Positions 33,779 through 43,579 of a DNA stretch of 64,000 nt are shown here, piece by piece (positions within the stretch are counted from its first letter, which is position 1; the number at the start of each line of letters is the position of its first letter). The stretch is from Escherichia coli. GTDB taxonomy: Bacteria; Pseudomonadota; Gammaproteobacteria; Enterobacterales; Enterobacteriaceae. The stretch lies in the NCBI RefSeq assembly GCF_003790525.1, contig NZ_CP033635.1; one strand, written 5' to 3'. Under the pieces are notes generated by a model that saw only the letters and a program-made list of their open reading frames with translations, made no database searches and was not told the DNA's origin. The position numbers were made by a program, and so were the translations under genes.

Positions 33779-34993
33779 ATGAAATTTGAACGCCATCATG
33801 AAATATTGAAACGACTCAGTAAATTCGGTTCTGTAAAAGTATCCGATCTGTCCAATAGCCTCAATGTAACGAAAGAAACTATTCGATCAGATCTTAATGA
33901 ACTTGCCAGACTTGGCTATCTGACTCGATGTCATGGCGGTGCTTTTATCGTCCTAGACTCGCTTGATACTATTGCGAAAAATGAAATCGCTTATGCGCTT
34001 GAAAATTATGATACAGCCCAGGGAATAAAAAAAGGCCACTCAACTATGAAAAGTCAAGTATGCGTTATTGGTTCGTTTAATGTTGATATCATCAGTTATT
34101 TGCCGAGGCTTCCCACTATCGGAGAATCGCTTCTGGCAAGTAATTTTATATTTTCACCGGGGGGAAAAGGTTGTAACCAAGCGCTGGCAGCAAGCTTTGC
34201 CGATACTGATGTTTATTTCATAACAAAAGTAGGTACAGATCACTTTAGTGATTATGCGATCAACTTTATGAATTCGTCTAAGATTTATAAAAGTATAATT
34301 TATCAAACGAAAGAAACGCAAACCGGAACTGCCACGATCCTTGTTAATGAAGGTACTGGCGATAATGTTATTGCGATCTATCCCGGTGCCAACATGACAA
34401 TGTCGTCCGATGAAATAACTATTCAGAAAGAAGCGATTATTAATTCTGATGTCATACTTCTGCAGCTCGAAACAAATTATACCGCTCTGCAACAAGCGAT
34501 CACATTGGCGCAAAAAAACAGTATCCCGGTCATTATTAACCCGGCACCCTATAATGATATCGTCAACGAACTTATTCAGGATGTTGATTATATCACCCCC
34601 AATGAAACAGAAGCTGGTTTACTGTCCGGCATAGACGTACACGATCTTGAATCAGCTAAACGAGCTGCAGAAGCTATCCACAATAAAGGGGTAAAAAACA
34701 CGGTTATCACGCTCGGTAGCAAGGGCTCACTCGCATTTGATGGCAAAAAATTCATTCATTCGCCAGCGTTTCCAGCGGTCGTTAAAAATACGGCAGGAGC
34801 CGGGGATGCTTTTAACGGCGCTCTGGCATCAGGACTTGCGAAAGGAAAATCACTGGAATCAGCACTGTGTTATGCCAGTGCCTTTGCATCCCTGGCGGTG
34901 GAGACAAGCAATGCTTCCGACATGCCTGAACATGAATCTGTGATACATCGAATTCAGAGTATACATTATCAGCAAACTATTTTTACGCATTAA
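33779..34993 (+). CDS. fusion protein: N-terminal DeoR-type HTH domain and C-terminal PfkB/ribokinase-family carbohydrate kinase
   Basis: first about 60 aa HEILKRLSKFGSVKVSDLSNSLNVTKETIRSDLNELARLGYLTR (DeoR HTH); remainder has ribokinase-family motifs (GGKG.NQA, NTAGAGDAFNGAL). Confidence 0.75.
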   Translation: MKFERHHEILKRLSKFGSVKVSDLSNSLNVTKETIRSDLNELARLGYLTRCHGGAFIVLDSLDTIAKNEIAYALENYDTAQGIKKGHSTMKSQVCVIGSFNVDIISYLPRLPTIGESLLASNFIFSPGGKGCNQALAASFADTDVYFITKVGTDHFSDYAINFMNSSKIYKSIIYQTKETQTGTATILVNEGTGDNVIAIYPGANMTMSSDEITIQKEAIINSDVILLQLETNYTALQQAITLAQKNSIPVIINPAPYNDIVNELIQDVDYITPNETEAGLLSGIDVHDLESAKRAAEAIHNKGVKNTVITLGSKGSLAFDGKKFIHSPAFPAVVKNTAGAGDAFNGALASGLAKGKSLESALCYASAFASLAVETSNASDMPEHESVIHRIQSIHYQQTIFTH

Positions 34994-35006
34994 GAAGGGA
35001 CAGAGA

Positions 35007-35765
35007 ATGAATAACACCAAAAAATCACTAAAGGTGCTCTTTATTGGAGAATCCTGGCATATTCATATGATTCATTCAAAAGGATATGACAGTTTTACCT
35101 CAAGTAAATATGAAGAAGGTGCGACCTGGTTACTCCAATGTCTGAAAAATAGTCAGGTAGATGTCACCTATATGCCGGCACATACGGTACAAATTGCCTT
35201 CCCTGAAGATGTGGCACAGTTAGAACAATATGATGCCATCGTTATTAGTGATATTGGTAGTAATACTTTCCTGCTACAAAATGATACTTTTTATCAGCTT
35301 CGCATAAAACCAAACGCTCTCGAACTGATTAAAGAATATGTGAATAACGGTGGTGGGTTATTGATGATTGGCGGCTATCTCTCATTCATGGGAATTGAAG
35401 CAAAAGCCAATTATAAAAATACAGTTCTGGCTGATGTGCTCCCGGTTACGATGTTAGATGGTGACGATCGTGTCGAAAAACCAGAGGGTGTTATTGCACA
35501 GCCATCACAACCTGACCATCCGGTTATTAAAGGGTTCTCTGAATATCCTTTTTTCCTAGGTTATAACCGGGCGATCGCTAAAGAAAATGCTGAGGTGGTA
35601 TTAACAATAAACAACGATCCATTACTGGTCTTTGGTAACTATCACAACGGGAAAATAGCCTGCTTTATGAGTGACTGTTCACCGCACTGGGGTACACAGC
35701 AGTTTATGTCCTGGCCGTTCTATACCGCGTTGTGGGTAAATATACTGACTCATATTGCAAGATAA
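35007..35765 (+). CDS. hypothetical protein, possibly class I glutamine amidotransferase-like fold
   Basis: 252-aa ORF directly after the kinase gene; assignment from weak pattern only (LLMIGGY, CFMSDCSPHW). Confidence 0.45.
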   Translation: MNNTKKSLKVLFIGESWHIHMIHSKGYDSFTSSKYEEGATWLLQCLKNSQVDVTYMPAHTVQIAFPEDVAQLEQYDAIVISDIGSNTFLLQNDTFYQLRIKPNALELIKEYVNNGGGLLMIGGYLSFMGIEAKANYKNTVLADVLPVTMLDGDDRVEKPEGVIAQPSQPDHPVIKGFSEYPFFLGYNRAIAKENAEVVLTINNDPLLVFGNYHNGKIACFMSDCSPHWGTQQFMSWPFYTALWVNILTHIAR

Positions 35766-35821
35766 TAATAATAATGGGGTAACACCAGTTACTCCATTTA
35801 CTATAATAGAAGGATTGATGT

Positions 35822-36787
35822 ATGAAAAAGAATAAGTACTCAACTCCCTTATGGATGCTTGCCACGATTCTTGCGGGTATGCTCTCCCCTATGCAATCAG
35901 CGGTGAATGGTCAATTAGGTCACTGGTTACAGGACGGTAATGCATGCGCAGTTATCTCCTTTGCCAGTGGTTTAGTCGTGATGTTTTTTATTATTATGGC
36001 GCGAAAAGAAACCCGGCAACAATTTGCGGCAATTCCTTCTCTGATTAAAAACCGAAAAGTTCCTCTCTGGAACTGGTTTGCCGGTCTCTGTGGAGCGATG
36101 GTGGTATTTTCTGAAGGCGCATCAGCCAGCGCACTCGGGGTCGCAACGTTTCAGACCGCACTGATCTCCGCGCTATTGCTGTCTGGTTTACTTTGCGATC
36201 GCTTTGGTATCGGTGTCGACGAGAAAAAATACTTTACCCCTTATCGCATCATCGGTGCATTATTTGCGGTTATTGCTACGATTTTTGTTGTGTCACCGCA
36301 GTGGCATTCTACCTCTTTCATTTTACTTGCCATTCTTCCGTTCTTAGCTGGTTTGCTTGCAGGATGGCAGCCCGCTGGAAATGCAAAAGTAGCTGAAGCT
36401 ACGGGATCCATGCTGGTTTCAATCACCTGGAATTTCATCGTTGGATTTTGTGTTTTAGGCACAGCGCTAGCTATTCGTGTCGCATTAGGGCACGTCACTG
36501 TTCAATTACCAGATGTCTGGTGGATGTATCTTGGCGGCCCGCTTGGACTAATGTCTATCGGTTTAATGGCCATTTTGGTCAGAGGTCTTGGGTTACTGAT
36601 GCTGGGGGTTGCTTCAACGGCGGGCCAGTTACTGGGATCAGTATTGATTGACGTATTAATTCCATCGCTGGGCAATACCGTTTATCTGGTCACGATCATC
36701 GGAACACTGTTTGCACTGGTCGGTGCAATTGTTACCACTATTCCGGAATACAGAGCCTCGAAAACAATGAAGAAAATGGAGGTATAA
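35822..36787 (+). CDS. DMT-superfamily membrane transporter (YdcZ/DUF606-like, duplicated 5-TM units)
   Basis: 321-aa hydrophobic ORF with internal repeat architecture. Confidence 0.6.
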   Translation: MKKNKYSTPLWMLATILAGMLSPMQSAVNGQLGHWLQDGNACAVISFASGLVVMFFIIMARKETRQQFAAIPSLIKNRKVPLWNWFAGLCGAMVVFSEGASASALGVATFQTALISALLLSGLLCDRFGIGVDEKKYFTPYRIIGALFAVIATIFVVSPQWHSTSFILLAILPFLAGLLAGWQPAGNAKVAEATGSMLVSITWNFIVGFCVLGTALAIRVALGHVTVQLPDVWWMYLGGPLGLMSIGLMAILVRGLGLLMLGVASTAGQLLGSVLIDVLIPSLGNTVYLVTIIGTLFALVGAIVTTIPEYRASKTMKKMEV

Positions 36788-36789
36788 TC

Positions 36790-37824
36790 ATGAAAGATTA
36801 TCTACAAACTGTGACGGGCCCCGTCGCCCGTGAAGATATGGGGCTAACACTTCCTCATGAACATCTGTTCAACGATCTTTCCTCTGTTGTGGATGCTCCT
36901 TGCTATCCTTTTTCACAACGGCTTGTTGATAAAAAAGTCACGGCAGAAATCCAGTGGGCATTAAAACACGATCCTTATTGCTGCGCTGATAATATGGACC
37001 GCAAACCTATTGAAGATGTGATCTTCGAAATTAATAACTTTATCTCGCTCGGTGGTCGCACCATTGTTGATGCCACAGGGTCTGAGTCTATCGGACGAGA
37101 TGCGCAGGCATTACGAGAAGTCGCATTAAAAACAGGTCTGAATATTGTTGCTTCCTCCGGTCCCTACCTGGAAAAATTTGAAAGCCAGAGAATTCATAAA
37201 ACGGTTGATGAACTAGCGACAACGATCGATAAAGAATTGAATCAAGGGATTGGCGATACGGATATTCGTGCCGGAATGATCGGTGAAATAGGTGTCTCAC
37301 CGACATTTACCGAAGCCGAGCATAACAGCTTGCGGGCTGCCTCGCTGGCACAGATTAACAATCCTCATGTGGCGATGAATATTCACATGCCGGGCTGGCT
37401 TCGTCGCGGTGATGAAGTACTCGACATTGTGTTAGGTGAAATGGGCGTCTCGCCAAATAAAGTCTCTCTCGCACACTCGGATCCGTCAGGAAAAGACGTG
37501 GCGTATCAGCGGAAAATGCTTGATAAAGGTGTCTGGCTGGAATTCGACATGATTGGCCTAGACATTACCTTCCCGAAAGAGGGAATAGCGCCAGGGGTGC
37601 AGGAGACTGCCGATGCCGTCGCTCATCTCATTGAGTTGGGATACGCCGATCAGCTTGTTCTCAGCCACGATGTCTTCCTTAAACAAATGTGGGCTAAAAA
37701 TGGCGGTAATGGCTGGGGATTTGTTCCAGATGTTTTTCTGGCCTATCTGGCGGAGCGCGGCGTCGATAAAACGATCCTCAAAAAACTCTGTATCGATAAT
37801 CCCGGACGATTATTGACCGCATAA
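36790..37824 (+). CDS. phosphotriesterase-homology protein (amidohydrolase superfamily; putative lactonase/esterase)
   Basis: 344 aa; N-terminal metal-binding motif TLPHEHL and later HxH/D blocks resembling the PTE/Php family. Confidence 0.75.
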   Translation: MKDYLQTVTGPVAREDMGLTLPHEHLFNDLSSVVDAPCYPFSQRLVDKKVTAEIQWALKHDPYCCADNMDRKPIEDVIFEINNFISLGGRTIVDATGSESIGRDAQALREVALKTGLNIVASSGPYLEKFESQRIHKTVDELATTIDKELNQGIGDTDIRAGMIGEIGVSPTFTEAEHNSLRAASLAQINNPHVAMNIHMPGWLRRGDEVLDIVLGEMGVSPNKVSLAHSDPSGKDVAYQRKMLDKGVWLEFDMIGLDITFPKEGIAPGVQETADAVAHLIELGYADQLVLSHDVFLKQMWAKNGGNGWGFVPDVFLAYLAERGVDKTILKKLCIDNPGRLLTA

Positions 37825-37833
37825 AACCATTAT

Positions 37834-37856
37834 CCCCCGGCACATTGCGCCGGGGG
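37834..37856. terminator. bidirectional hairpin (CCCCCGGCACATTGCGCCGGGGG) between the PTE-like gene and the ggt fragment
   Basis: perfect 9-bp GC-rich stem. Confidence 0.5.
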
Positions 37857-37859
37857 ATG

Positions 37860-38200
37860 TCAATTAATACCCCGCCGTTAAATCATCCACCAAGCGCGAG
37901 TCGGATGCGCCGTACAACTCACCATCCGACCCAACCATAATGCTTTGCGTGCTGCCCATCGCCTCATTCAGCGCCACTTTCTGACCTTTTGCTTCCAGCA
38001 GCTTGAGCGTATCCGGACTAAACCCTTTTCAACACGCAGCTCGTCCGGCAACCACTGATGGTGGAAACGAGGCGCATTGGTCGCTTCGGCAACATTCATT
38101 CCACAATTGATGCTGTTCACCACCATTTGCGGCACGGTAGTGATGATCCAGCTACCGGTAACAAAGTGAGTACATAAAGGCCATACTGTCACGAACAGTG
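37860..38200 (-). pseudogene. ggt: gamma-glutamyltranspeptidase 3' fragment (C-terminal about 110 codons only, frameshifted)
   Basis: minus-strand translation MNVAEATNAPRFHHQWLPDELRVEKG then FSPDTLKLLEAKGQKVALNEAMGSTQSIMVGSDGELYGASDSRLVDDLTAG matches the Ggt C-terminus as recalled; no upstream part. Confidence 0.75.
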
Positions 38201-38475
38201 CAAAAGTGGCTCTTCCTCAACCTAGGTGAAGATTTTCATGCCAGTGGACTCATTACCCTCCGCCTAAGTAGTTCAAGTCCGGCTCGACCATACATCTGGC
38301 GTATCAGCACCTTCAGGCGATTTACATGACCTTCGACAACACCAGTACTCCAGCGACTGCTGATTGCCTCACATATAGCCGCAGCATCAGCTTCCATCCC
38401 CGCAGCTACGCACCGAAGTTCTGCTGAGCCGCTTTCGTGGACCCGAGTGAACCAGCTGCTTAGCTGTGATTTATT

Positions 38476-39855
38476 TTAGGTTTTCAGAATACGGTAGAAC
38501 TCGAGTACCAGTTGCTGCGCTATTTTCAACTCCGGTTCTTTTTCACACATCAGACTAATAAATCGGAAAGCATAATTTTCTCCACCCCTGATTATTCTCC
38601 AGGGCATCAACCAGCGGCTTACCCGGGACACTGAAGGAAGTCTTGCGGCAGTAGTAACCGGTGGGATCCAGCCTTTATGCCATTTGGCAACAGCATCCCT
38701 GACGATGGTTTCACTGCCTGTAACCCCCCTGGCCACCATTTCCCGCCATATCCGGCCGGAGTTATAATTACCACATTCTCGTTGCTCTTTTAACCACTCC
38801 CTCCATGGGTCCAGAAGCCCTCGCTTTGGAGGCCTGGTTGACATTTCAGGGAATGTTCCTGAACCCACCCAGCGACTGACTGTCACTCGCGACAGGCCTG
38901 TAATACGGGATATTTCCCTGAAACTACATCCCTTGTTATGCAGGGCCATAACCTCTGTCCAACGCTGATGCCGTTTTTTGCGGATGTGCTGTTTAAGGCG
39001 TTCCAGACGACGGAGCGATGCTACAGGCACAGATATTTCTGGCTCAGGTGATTTCTTCAGTGATAACTCTCTGACAACAAGACGTATCAGAGGCATATGT
39101 CTGTACATCATTCGTTCAGGCTCATCACCAATATTTTTTAGCAGGTGCCATCGATCGGCCACCTGTCTGGCCTGAGGTGCACCTTCACGTGCTGCTGTCG
39201 CATAGACTCCACTGCGATCACGCGAGACAACCTGTATTTCCGGATATTTTCTGAACCAGGTCGCCAGCGTACGCTGATCACGGCCGGGAAGCAGGACGAG
39301 GGGACGGTGAGTATCAGGATTGACTATTAACATACCGCAGCAGTGGCCCCGATGCCACGCCCACTCATCAATACCGACATGAGGCGCGCCTGACTGTTTC
39401 GTCTCCGGGGTATTGATAAGCCTGCGAAGAAGAGTATCAGCACTGCAACGGAGACCCACTGCCGTTGCAGCCCGTTTTCCAGCCTCACCTCCAGCTATTA
39501 ATCCCAGTTGACATTGTTAATTTTGTAACGCCTGTGAAGACTGCTGGTGTGAACTGGCGAAGGGAGCAAGCGACTCGGCAAAAATTTTACGTGAACAAGC
39601 CGGGTTACGGCAGTACCAGTGGCGGACGGAAAATACAAGCCATAGCGTCTGCCCTGAGCAGGGTAGATGCTGTATCCGGCGCCGACGACAACTATGAACA
39701 GAGTCGCTACGCTTAAAGCATTCAGGACATTGTGCTGTTTTGCGTTTTCCGTGGAGATGGAGGGTTATACCGTCAGAGCTAATAATTTGTCGACTGCATC
39801 GCCATCCGCAAGGTAACTGTAGAAGTGTCTTAAGAGAGTGCATTGCGTTGCCCAT
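38476..39855 (-). pseudogene. transposase with ISL3-like zinc-finger and DDE signatures, frameshifted (39517-39855 N-terminal part; 38476-39459 C-terminal part)
   Basis: N-terminal CPECF..YCRNPACSRKIFAE zinc ribbon; GIDEWAWHRGH..VVSRDRSGVYA..QVADRWHLLKN DDE region; domain order atypical, family assignment tentative. Confidence 0.5.
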
Positions 39856-40138
39856 AACTTAAAACAGCTTAGATCCTTGTTCGCCAGAAAGTTTCATCCA
39901 TTTTCTTCCACCCAGGTTGCGGAAGAACCACTTTTCATCCGTCGTTGACAGATGTGAAGTATGCGGGAGAAAAAGTGAATATCTAACTGTAATAACTCAG
40001 ACCGGTACGAGTACTCGGGACGTCTACAATCATTCAGGGCAAAGTGCTAAAATTTCTCTATCCCGGGATGCCCCTACCAACGCAGCACTCCCGGAGATAT
40101 CATTACAGCTCTGCAACTGATTTCCGCGACTGAACCGC

Positions 40139-40546
40139 TCAGTTCCTATCCTTCCAGTTGCCCTCCTGCCCCCCCTCCCTGCTGTATACCCCGGTACCAC
40201 AACTCGGGCAGCACTTTTCCCCCTCATAATTTTCGTCACACATCACACAAAACCACTTTCTCACCTTCACCGTATAATCCGGAACCGTCATACCCTGCAG
40301 ATGCAAACGACGGGCCTCTTTCTCTGCCGGGTCAAGCCAGGTGCATCGCAGCAGGATTTTCTCAGCGACAGTCATCTGGTCATGTTCAAACCACGGTGGT
40401 TGTCCGTCATTGCCCCGCTGAAGTGTTAACGGGCATCCACAGGACACACAGCACAAAACGTCCTGGCGGTTGTGCTTCGCTGCTTCTTTCGCCGTAACAA
40501 AATGGCCTTTGCTGTCATTCGCCATATAACAGTTCAGAATTCGCAT
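40139..40546 (-). CDS. zinc-ribbon hypothetical protein (paralog 2; motifs CxxC..PWFEH..CxxC)
   Basis: paralogous to the adjacent upstream ORF; two Cys pairs flanking a conserved WFEH motif; start taken at MRILN. Confidence 0.5.
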   Translation of the reverse strand: MRILNCYMANDSKGHFVTAKEAAKHNRQDVLCCVSCGCPLTLQRGNDGQPPWFEHDQMTVAEKILLRCTWLDPAEKEARRLHLQGMTVPDYTVKVRKWFCVMCDENYEGEKCCPSCGTGVYSREGGQEGNWKDRN

Positions 40547-40941
40547 ATTTCCTCCTGAGTTGTCCGGGGAATACTGAATCCTCCGGTCTGGCAGTGTGTG
40601 CAGTACCGCTCCCCATAATAATCGTGGTGACATTGTCTGCAGTGCCAGCTGGCTTTACGCACCACGGGTAAGGCATCCGGTACGAATTGCTGCAGACGTT
40701 TAATCAACTGTATTTCTCTGCGCTCCGGCCTGACATAAGGGCACTGTTGACCGTGCTCTGTCAGCCTGTCGTCAGTGTGTTCAAACCAGGGAAGTTCAGT
40801 GTCGTATTGCGGATGGTATCTGAGTGCACTGCCACACAAGTGGCAGGTGTAGTTAGCATAAGGTGCGGCCTGTGCAGTACGGGCGCCCGTCAGACGTCCG
40901 TTGCCATCAAGAGCGATAAAGGATTTTGCGTACATAGTCAT
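40534..40941 (-). CDS. zinc-ribbon hypothetical protein (paralog 1; motifs CxxC..PWFEH..CxxC)
   Basis: 135 aa; CHLCG..PWFEHTDD..CRQCHHDYYGERYCTHCQ. Confidence 0.5.
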   Translation of the reverse strand: MTMYAKSFIALDGNGRLTGARTAQAAPYANYTCHLCGSALRYHPQYDTELPWFEHTDDRLTEHGQQCPYVRPERREIQLIKRLQQFVPDALPVVRKASWHCRQCHHDYYGERYCTHCQTGGFSIPRTTQEEICEF

Positions 40942-41194
40942 ATTCCTCAGCCGCCAGACGACACGCAGGCAACAGCCGTCCCGGTACGGGCAGCGTGGTC
41001 AGGGTGTGAATGGCGGTTCAGTTAAAATCTGGACTGGAGTTTGGGTAAAGCAGGCTGGTTGCTGTTACAGCACTGTGGTTGTCACACAATGGAACACTGA
41101 CGTAAAAAACAGTCAGTGGGCGAGTGGATACATCGTTGCCGCCAGACAACAACCCATACTTTTGGTTTGCCGGGTATTGGCGCGCCAGTCGTGC

Positions 41195-41764
41195 TCAACT
41201 CCGGCTACAGCCAAAATTGCGCTCACCGGTGCAGTGAGCTTTGGTATGTTCCTTCGCCAGATAGTCAGCACGTTCCAGCACCTGCTGAAAGCCAGTGTCA
41301 TCATCGCGTTCCAGCCACACCGCCGGCCAGGCCGGAAAATGCACCAGCGTGGCATGGCACCCGACATCCACTCCCAGGGCACTGCACCACGCCTGTTTAA
41401 TCATCCCGGCCAGTGATCCCGGAGCACGGTAATCACCGGCACGACACCAGGTATCCCGGTTAACCAGCAGCATCAGGTGATAGTGTTTTTTACCTTTGCA
41501 CTCCCCAAACTCCCGGGCCCAGACGTAATGCAGGGTTGTGGGATGCACGCGTTTACCTTCCCGATGCTTACGTTTCTGGTAAGCGTCGATTCGGGCTTTC
41601 AGGGCATTGATGAAGCGGGATATCACAGCTGCGTCCGTTGCTGCCGGTACATCCGGGAAACGCAGGTCAACCCGCAATGCCGTCAGGCGGGGATGAACAT
41701 TCAGTGCGTGCCGCACCGTCTCACGAATACGTTGCTGCCAGAAGGGGTTGTATTTGTAGGTCAT
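41195..41764 (-). CDS. YagK/YfjJ-family (inovirus Gp2-like) protein, putative
   Basis: 189 aa from MTYKYNPFW with GGAG RBS; family assignment from context and pattern (HYHLMLLVN), tentative. Confidence 0.45.
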   Translation of the reverse strand: MTYKYNPFWQQRIRETVRHALNVHPRLTALRVDLRFPDVPAATDAAVISRFINALKARIDAYQKRKHREGKRVHPTTLHYVWAREFGECKGKKHYHLMLLVNRDTWCRAGDYRAPGSLAGMIKQAWCSALGVDVGCHATLVHFPAWPAVWLERDDDTGFQQVLERADYLAKEHTKAHCTGERNFGCSRS

Positions 41765-41960
41765 GGTTAAATCTCCGTATGGTTCATACGGAATAGCCAC
41801 GTCGTAAAAAATGCGCAGAGTCCCTGAAGTGACCTCCGGCAGGACACTGTCTCAGGCACTCTGTGATAACCCGAACGGTCGTCTCCGGACTGACGGTTGA
41901 ATTTTCAGCGTTGTTTTTTTAATGTAAAAAACCGGTTACGGGTAAGGCTGTGAGGAGGGA

Positions 41961-42164
41961 GTGATGGTGATACGCAAAAAGAAGTGCAGGGACTGTGGAA
42001 ACGCGATTACTCATAATACAGTGTGTTGCCCGTATTGTGGTTCTGTCGACCCCTTCGGCTATTACCGGAATACAGACCGTATCGTTACCATACTGCTGGC
42101 ACTGATTATTGTGGTCCTGCTGACTACTGTCAGCGTCAGTGTGTATATACTGTGTAGCTGGTGA
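41961..42164 (+). CDS. small zinc-ribbon membrane protein (CxxC..CxxC plus one TM helix), hypothetical
   Basis: 67 aa; KKCRDCGNAITHNTVCCPYCG followed by hydrophobic segment ILLALIIVVLLTTVSV. Confidence 0.4.
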   Translation: MMVIRKKKCRDCGNAITHNTVCCPYCGSVDPFGYYRNTDRIVTILLALIIVVLLTTVSVSVYILCSW

Positions 42165-43117
42165 GATAACGGTTCATGTATCCCCTGAGCTGACAGTGTA
42201 CCGGGTATATTAAGCGTAACCGACAGGTTCTCCTTCATACCATATTAAATTTTTCCAGGTATTGCCGCTGCCTTATTTCGTCCCATACAGGAAAACTCGT
42301 CTGGGTTTCTGACAAATACGCGAAACTCACAGCCCCTCAATATCAACCACACGCTGTAAGCCGGTAATACCTGAAAATCAGCCTATTACCGCCCGCGCCT
42401 CCGTTACCGAACGCTCAGGTGACCAGACTGAAGCCCAGCACGCACTCGTAAAATTTGCGGTCAGTTCCGTCAGTCAGTGGGCAACCGCAGAGTTACGGGC
42501 TTCCAGGTCCACAGGAGTGAGTCTATAACGCGTGTGGGAAATCATTTTTTCTGGCGTTGACAGAACGCCTTACGGGCTGCTACTTACCCGGTGTCCCGCA
42601 ATACAGCCTTAGTGTTCCGTTATCGGGGATCCGGACGCACCGCAACAACCGGGGAAGTATTTCTGGTTAGAGCTGTGTCAAGAGGGATTTCTCAGCCCCT
42701 CACTCACCGGCTCAGTCTCAGGGCAGAAGCATTAATACACTCAGTTCATGTCTTATACAGGAATGGGCATAGGGGGAGCTGGCGTGTCACTGCTGATTTT
42801 ACGCATCAGCGTTCATGTATCTGCACTCTGATACAGAATGCTTCACAGCGCTCTGTTACCGGAGAGATTTACTCTCTTAGGTTATTCTGGCAAATCCTTT
42901 ACGTTACTCTCTGATGACTTCTTATATTTATAATACCAATCAGACAACCTTATCCCATCGGTGATATCAGTCTCCTGCTCGCCAGGAACGGGCTGACTCA
43001 CTGTAACCACCTCCGAAAACAACTCTGCAATTATCAGAACGCCTGCTTCTCTCCCTGTCCTCACGAAAACTATCCCCTCTTTATCGCGCGTGCGTGCGGA
43101 AGCATCTTTTCGCAACA

Positions 43118-43130
43118 CCCCCCCCCCCCC
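43118..43130. repeat. homopolymeric C13 tract about 165 bp upstream of alpA
   Basis: 13 consecutive C residues seen directly. Confidence 0.8.
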
Positions 43131-43294
43131 GGGATTCCGCTACGGCTCTGCCATCGCAATCCCCCCGTTTATCTCCGGACAGCCACATTCCCGATTATTT
43201 TTTACGTTTCTCCCCGGTTGTTATGCCGGTGAAGGTGGCGCGCTGTTTTCATGACCACACCGGCTGGTTTAACAACATCCGGAGGAACATTCTC

Positions 43295-43501
43295 ATGGCT
43301 ACCCCAGTTTCGCTGATGGATGACCAGATGGTCGACATGGCGTTTATCACTCAACTGACCGGCCTAACCGATAAGTGGTTTGACAAACTCATCAAAGATG
43401 GGGGCTTTCCTGCGCCCATCAAAATGGGGCGCAGCTCCCGCTGGCTGAAAAGTGAAGTGGAAGCCTGGCTGCAGGCGCGTATTGCACAGTCCCGTCCGTA
43501 A
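43295..43501 (+). CDS. alpA: AlpA-family prophage transcriptional regulator (HTH)
   Basis: GGAGGA RBS; 68 aa; FITQLTGLTDKWFDKLIKDGGFPAPIKMGRSSRWLKSEVEAWL typical of AlpA. Confidence 0.8.
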   Translation: MATPVSLMDDQMVDMAFITQLTGLTDKWFDKLIKDGGFPAPIKMGRSSRWLKSEVEAWLQARIAQSRP

Positions 43502-43579
43502 TTTTTAACCACTAACCCTTCGCCCACAGCAGACGCAATCTCCGGCCTGCCGGCGGCGCTCTGCTGCCTGTTATCCCCC

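Noticed and set aside
38255-38300. tRNA-like 3' end (GTTCAAGTCCGGCTCGACCA) that could mark an island integration site
   Set aside because: Only a T-arm-like fragment is visible; no acceptor stem, anticodon arm or D-arm could be reconstructed by eye, so at most a tRNA remnant. Not reported as an RNA gene.
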